DNA of 64,000 nt from Ministeria vibrans ATCC 50519 (lineage: Eukaryota > Protista > Filasterea), in contig CALSCP010002399.1 of assembly GCA_943704425.1 (NCBI GenBank), forward strand, positions 23,014 to 87,013. The letters run 5' to 3'. Every line of letters starts with the position of its first letter. Position 1 is the stretch's first letter. This document shows, piece after piece, positions 61,253-64,000 of the stretch. The notes below the pieces were generated by a model, which worked only from the letters and a program-made list of their open reading frames with translations, was not told where the DNA came from and ran no database searches. A program made the translations under genes and the position numbers.

Positions 61253-63504
61253 ATGCCAACCACTCGCAGCAGCTCAACAGAGGCGGATTCGTGTAAGCAA
61301 TCAGTCAATCAAAACTCTTCGCAACTTTTTCAAAAATATAAAAAAAACAAAAAGCACAAACGCGTTTGTCTCTAAAACCGCAACGGGAAACGCCACAACG
61401 ACGACTCTATATGATACATATACTCTTTTGCCTTCCACAGCGCCCGGCCGGCCGCCACGCCGCCGCAGCCGCTCGCCAGCGCGATCGCGCGCCGTTTCAA
61501 AAACGACAGAAACGGTTACGACGATTGTGCGATCGCGCAAGACTACTGCCGACGCCCCCGCCGCCCGCAGCCGCGCCAAGTCACCGGCGCGTGCCAAGTC
61601 GCCCGCTCGTGCCAAGTCGCCGGCGCGTGCCAAGTCACCAGCGCGTTCCAAGTCACTCGCGCGCGATCCGTCTGCGTCGCCTTCGTCTGCCGCGTCGCCC
61701 GCCCCTTCCAGTGCGGCCACTCCGCCCTCATCCTCACCGGTGAGCCATGCCCGTTCCCTTGCTCCTGTTCAAGCGGCGTCTCATGTTGATGAAGAAGTCG
61801 TCTACGAATTCGGTGGTCCCATCGTAAGTCATTCAACTTAGTGCATTGTTTATTGTTATTATTGTTTTTGGTTTTGTGTTGTACATAGTCTTGTTTTGAC
61901 ATTACGAACAACTCTCCATTCTCTTCTTGTTATTGGTTTTTCTGTCTAGGGCGCTGCGGGCTTTATCATCTTTTCGCACGTCCTACTGTACTACCTGTAT
62001 GCGTGTTGGCGATTCAACAATGGCGAGGTGCTCCTCTTTTCGTCGCTGGCCGACGTGCGCAGCATGGCGGCGCGTGTGTGGGCTGAAGCAGGCCCCACTT
62101 GCATGGGCATGAGCATTTACGGTGTGTACCTGGTGAGTCAGGCAATTCTGACGGTGATGCTGCCGGGACTCAAGGTCGAAGGTCTGCCAGTGCCCACCGA
62201 GGGCAACCGATCGCTGTGGTACCACTGCAGCGGCGTGAGCGTGTGGTACGTCTCGCTGGTGCTCGCCGCCTTTCTGCATTACTTCAACATTTTCCGTCTG
62301 ACTCTCATTGTCGAGCATGCGGGGCCCATCATGACCGCCGCCATCATCTACAGCGACGTCGGTAGTCTCCTCATCTACCTCACGGCGCTCGCCACCAACA
62401 ACACCACTCGAATGAGCGGCAACCACGTCTACGACTTCTTTATGGGCGCCTGGCTCAACCCGCGCATTGGTGACTTTGACATCAAAATGTTCTTTGAAGT
62501 GCGCGTCTCGTGGACCCAGTTGTTCCTCCTCACCGTGGCATGTGCTTTGACGCAGTATGAGCGCACCGGAGCAATCTCAAACTCAATGATTCTCATGTTA
62601 GGCAACTAGAGAGAGAAGGGGGGGGGAGGGGCAAAACGAACCGAGAGAGACAGGAGAGATGAAAGAAAAAAAAAGAACTAAGGGAGAGAGCGAGAGGATG
62701 AAAAACACACACTGACAGGGAAAAAAAAATGAGAGTGACTGATTGTGATCATTTAGGTTGGTTGCGCACGGACTGTACACCAACGCCGTGGCCAAGGGCG
62801 AAGAGTGCATCATCACGACATGGGACATCTTCTACGAAAAGTTTGGATGGATGCTACACTTTTGGAATGGAGTGGGAGTGCCCTTTGTGTACACATTCCA
62901 GTCCTTTTTCCTGATGGCGCATGCGCCCCAGATTGTGCTGTCGTCCTTCCAGACGGGTGTGCTTGTGGGGGCTCTCCTTGTCATTTACTACGTGTGGGAC
63001 TCGGCGCAGAGCCAGAAAAACAGCTTCCGCATGAAGGTTCAACACAGATCGAAAGGGTCGCTTGAGAGTATTGTGAATAACAAATGTAAGTAGATCCGAG
63101 GCACATTTGAGCCGCGCAACACATTTCCTCAACTGCCGTGGCGCAACCTGACAGCACCGTCGTTCATTCGCACTGAGCAGGGAAGCTACCTTCTTACAGG
63201 TAAGAGTGCGTGTGTGAGAGTGAGAGTGAGAGCGACAGACTCAACTGAGTGTGTCTGTTTGTCAGGGGGCTGGTGGGCGTACGCTCGCAAGATCCACTAC
63301 ACATGCGACGTGCTGATGGCCCTCATCTGGGGCCTCTCGTGCGGCACTGGCCACTTTTTGCCCTATTTCTACTTTGTCTTTTTCACCGGTATGATTGCCC
63401 ATCGCTACACGCGCGACGCAGAGCGCTGTTCCAAGAAGTACGGCAAAGACTGGGAGGAGTACTGCCGTCGCGTTCCCTATGTTTTTGTTCCGGGACTCTT
63501 CTGA
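61253..63504 (+). CDS. ERG4: Delta24(24-1) sterol reductase (ERG4 type) with an RS/SP-rich N-terminal extension
   Basis: YEFGGP, YDFFMGAWLNPRIG, KGEECIITTWDIFYEKFGWML.FWN, ARKIHYTCD, RCSKKYGKDWEEYCRRVPY; first exon 61253-61292. Confidence 0.9.
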
Positions 63505-63654
63505 ACACTTTCAAACAATGGACTCTTTTTTTAATTGTTTACATTGTATCAAGTGAGATCCCTTTTCCAGTCTGTTTGGCCTATGTACGTGAACAGGTGT
63601 GTGCGTGTGCGAGCGTGTTGAGATAGATAATCATAGAAGGGGTGTCTAAGTCTT

Positions 63655-64000
63655 ACCTGACGCACTGCCATTCCCTGTTGGAACTGTCGTTCGAGCTCCT
63701 CATTCGCTCGTTCCACGTTCACTTGTCCGCTACACCAAAAAAGCAATTCAACACCTTATACATTATGATATATGCGTACGTTCGCACTGGCGCTGCTTTC
63801 ACTCCAGCCTTTCCCGCTCCCATAAGACGCAAAAACTTTTCCTTTTGTGTCTCGCTTGAAAACTTGCTGGCACTCCAGTAGCTATCTACCATCTTTGTGG
63901 GCGTTTCCTTCTTGGCCTTCTTCACACTGCCATTGCCGTCGTCGTCATCGTCGCTGCTATCCTGACTCTCCTCGCGTGCCCGCTTCTTCTTCTCCTTCTC
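63655..64000 (-). CDS. SMAP-domain (KNOP1/C11orf58-like) lysine-rich protein, partial
   Basis: WSASKFSSETQKEKFLRLMG...NEELERQFQQG; the 5' end lies beyond the window and the last exon is uncertain. Confidence 0.75.

Noticed and set aside
62590-62612. Apparent GC donor or premature stop in ERG4
   Set aside because: A canonical AT|GTTAGG donor restores MILM-LVAH in frame.
1-64000. tRNA, rRNA or prokaryotic operon/defence system
   Set aside because: No recognisable signatures by eye, and the sequence is clearly spliceosomal-eukaryotic. Small ncRNAs cannot be excluded without a covariance search.

Overview
A compact, intron-rich eukaryotic window with about 26 protein-coding genes. Introns are mostly short GT-AG, intergenic gaps are often only 35-250 nt, microsatellites are frequent, and there is one N gap near 60070. 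The gene set (cyclin D-like, STAM, aPKC-like, MAEA, UNC-45, ERG4-type sterol reductase) suggests a unicellular opisthokont, probably a holozoan (inference). Housekeeping genes include NDUFS1, ELOVL, PSMA7, TMEM165, OST4, ATG4, HRQ1, cytochrome b561, EEF1AKMT1 and ERG4. The standout is an intronless 1368-aa ORF (13322-17428, minus strand). It combines a signal peptide, a GBP/atlastin-family GTPase, a Gly-rich linker with a Cys-flanked polybasic loop, and a C-terminal half resembling insecticidal/Tc-type pore-forming toxins. Other notable items: an intact Sola1-type transposon whose transposase ends in an AT-hook and a homeodomain-like tail; an 8-repeat orphan protein; ERG4 with a lamin-B-receptor-like RS/SP N-terminus; a PB1-C1-C1 aPKC; and two genes truncated exactly at ~30-nt poly(A) runs, probably assembly misjoins. 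Exon boundaries were read by eye and all homologies come from motif recall, not database searches. No rRNA, tRNA or CRISPR array was seen.
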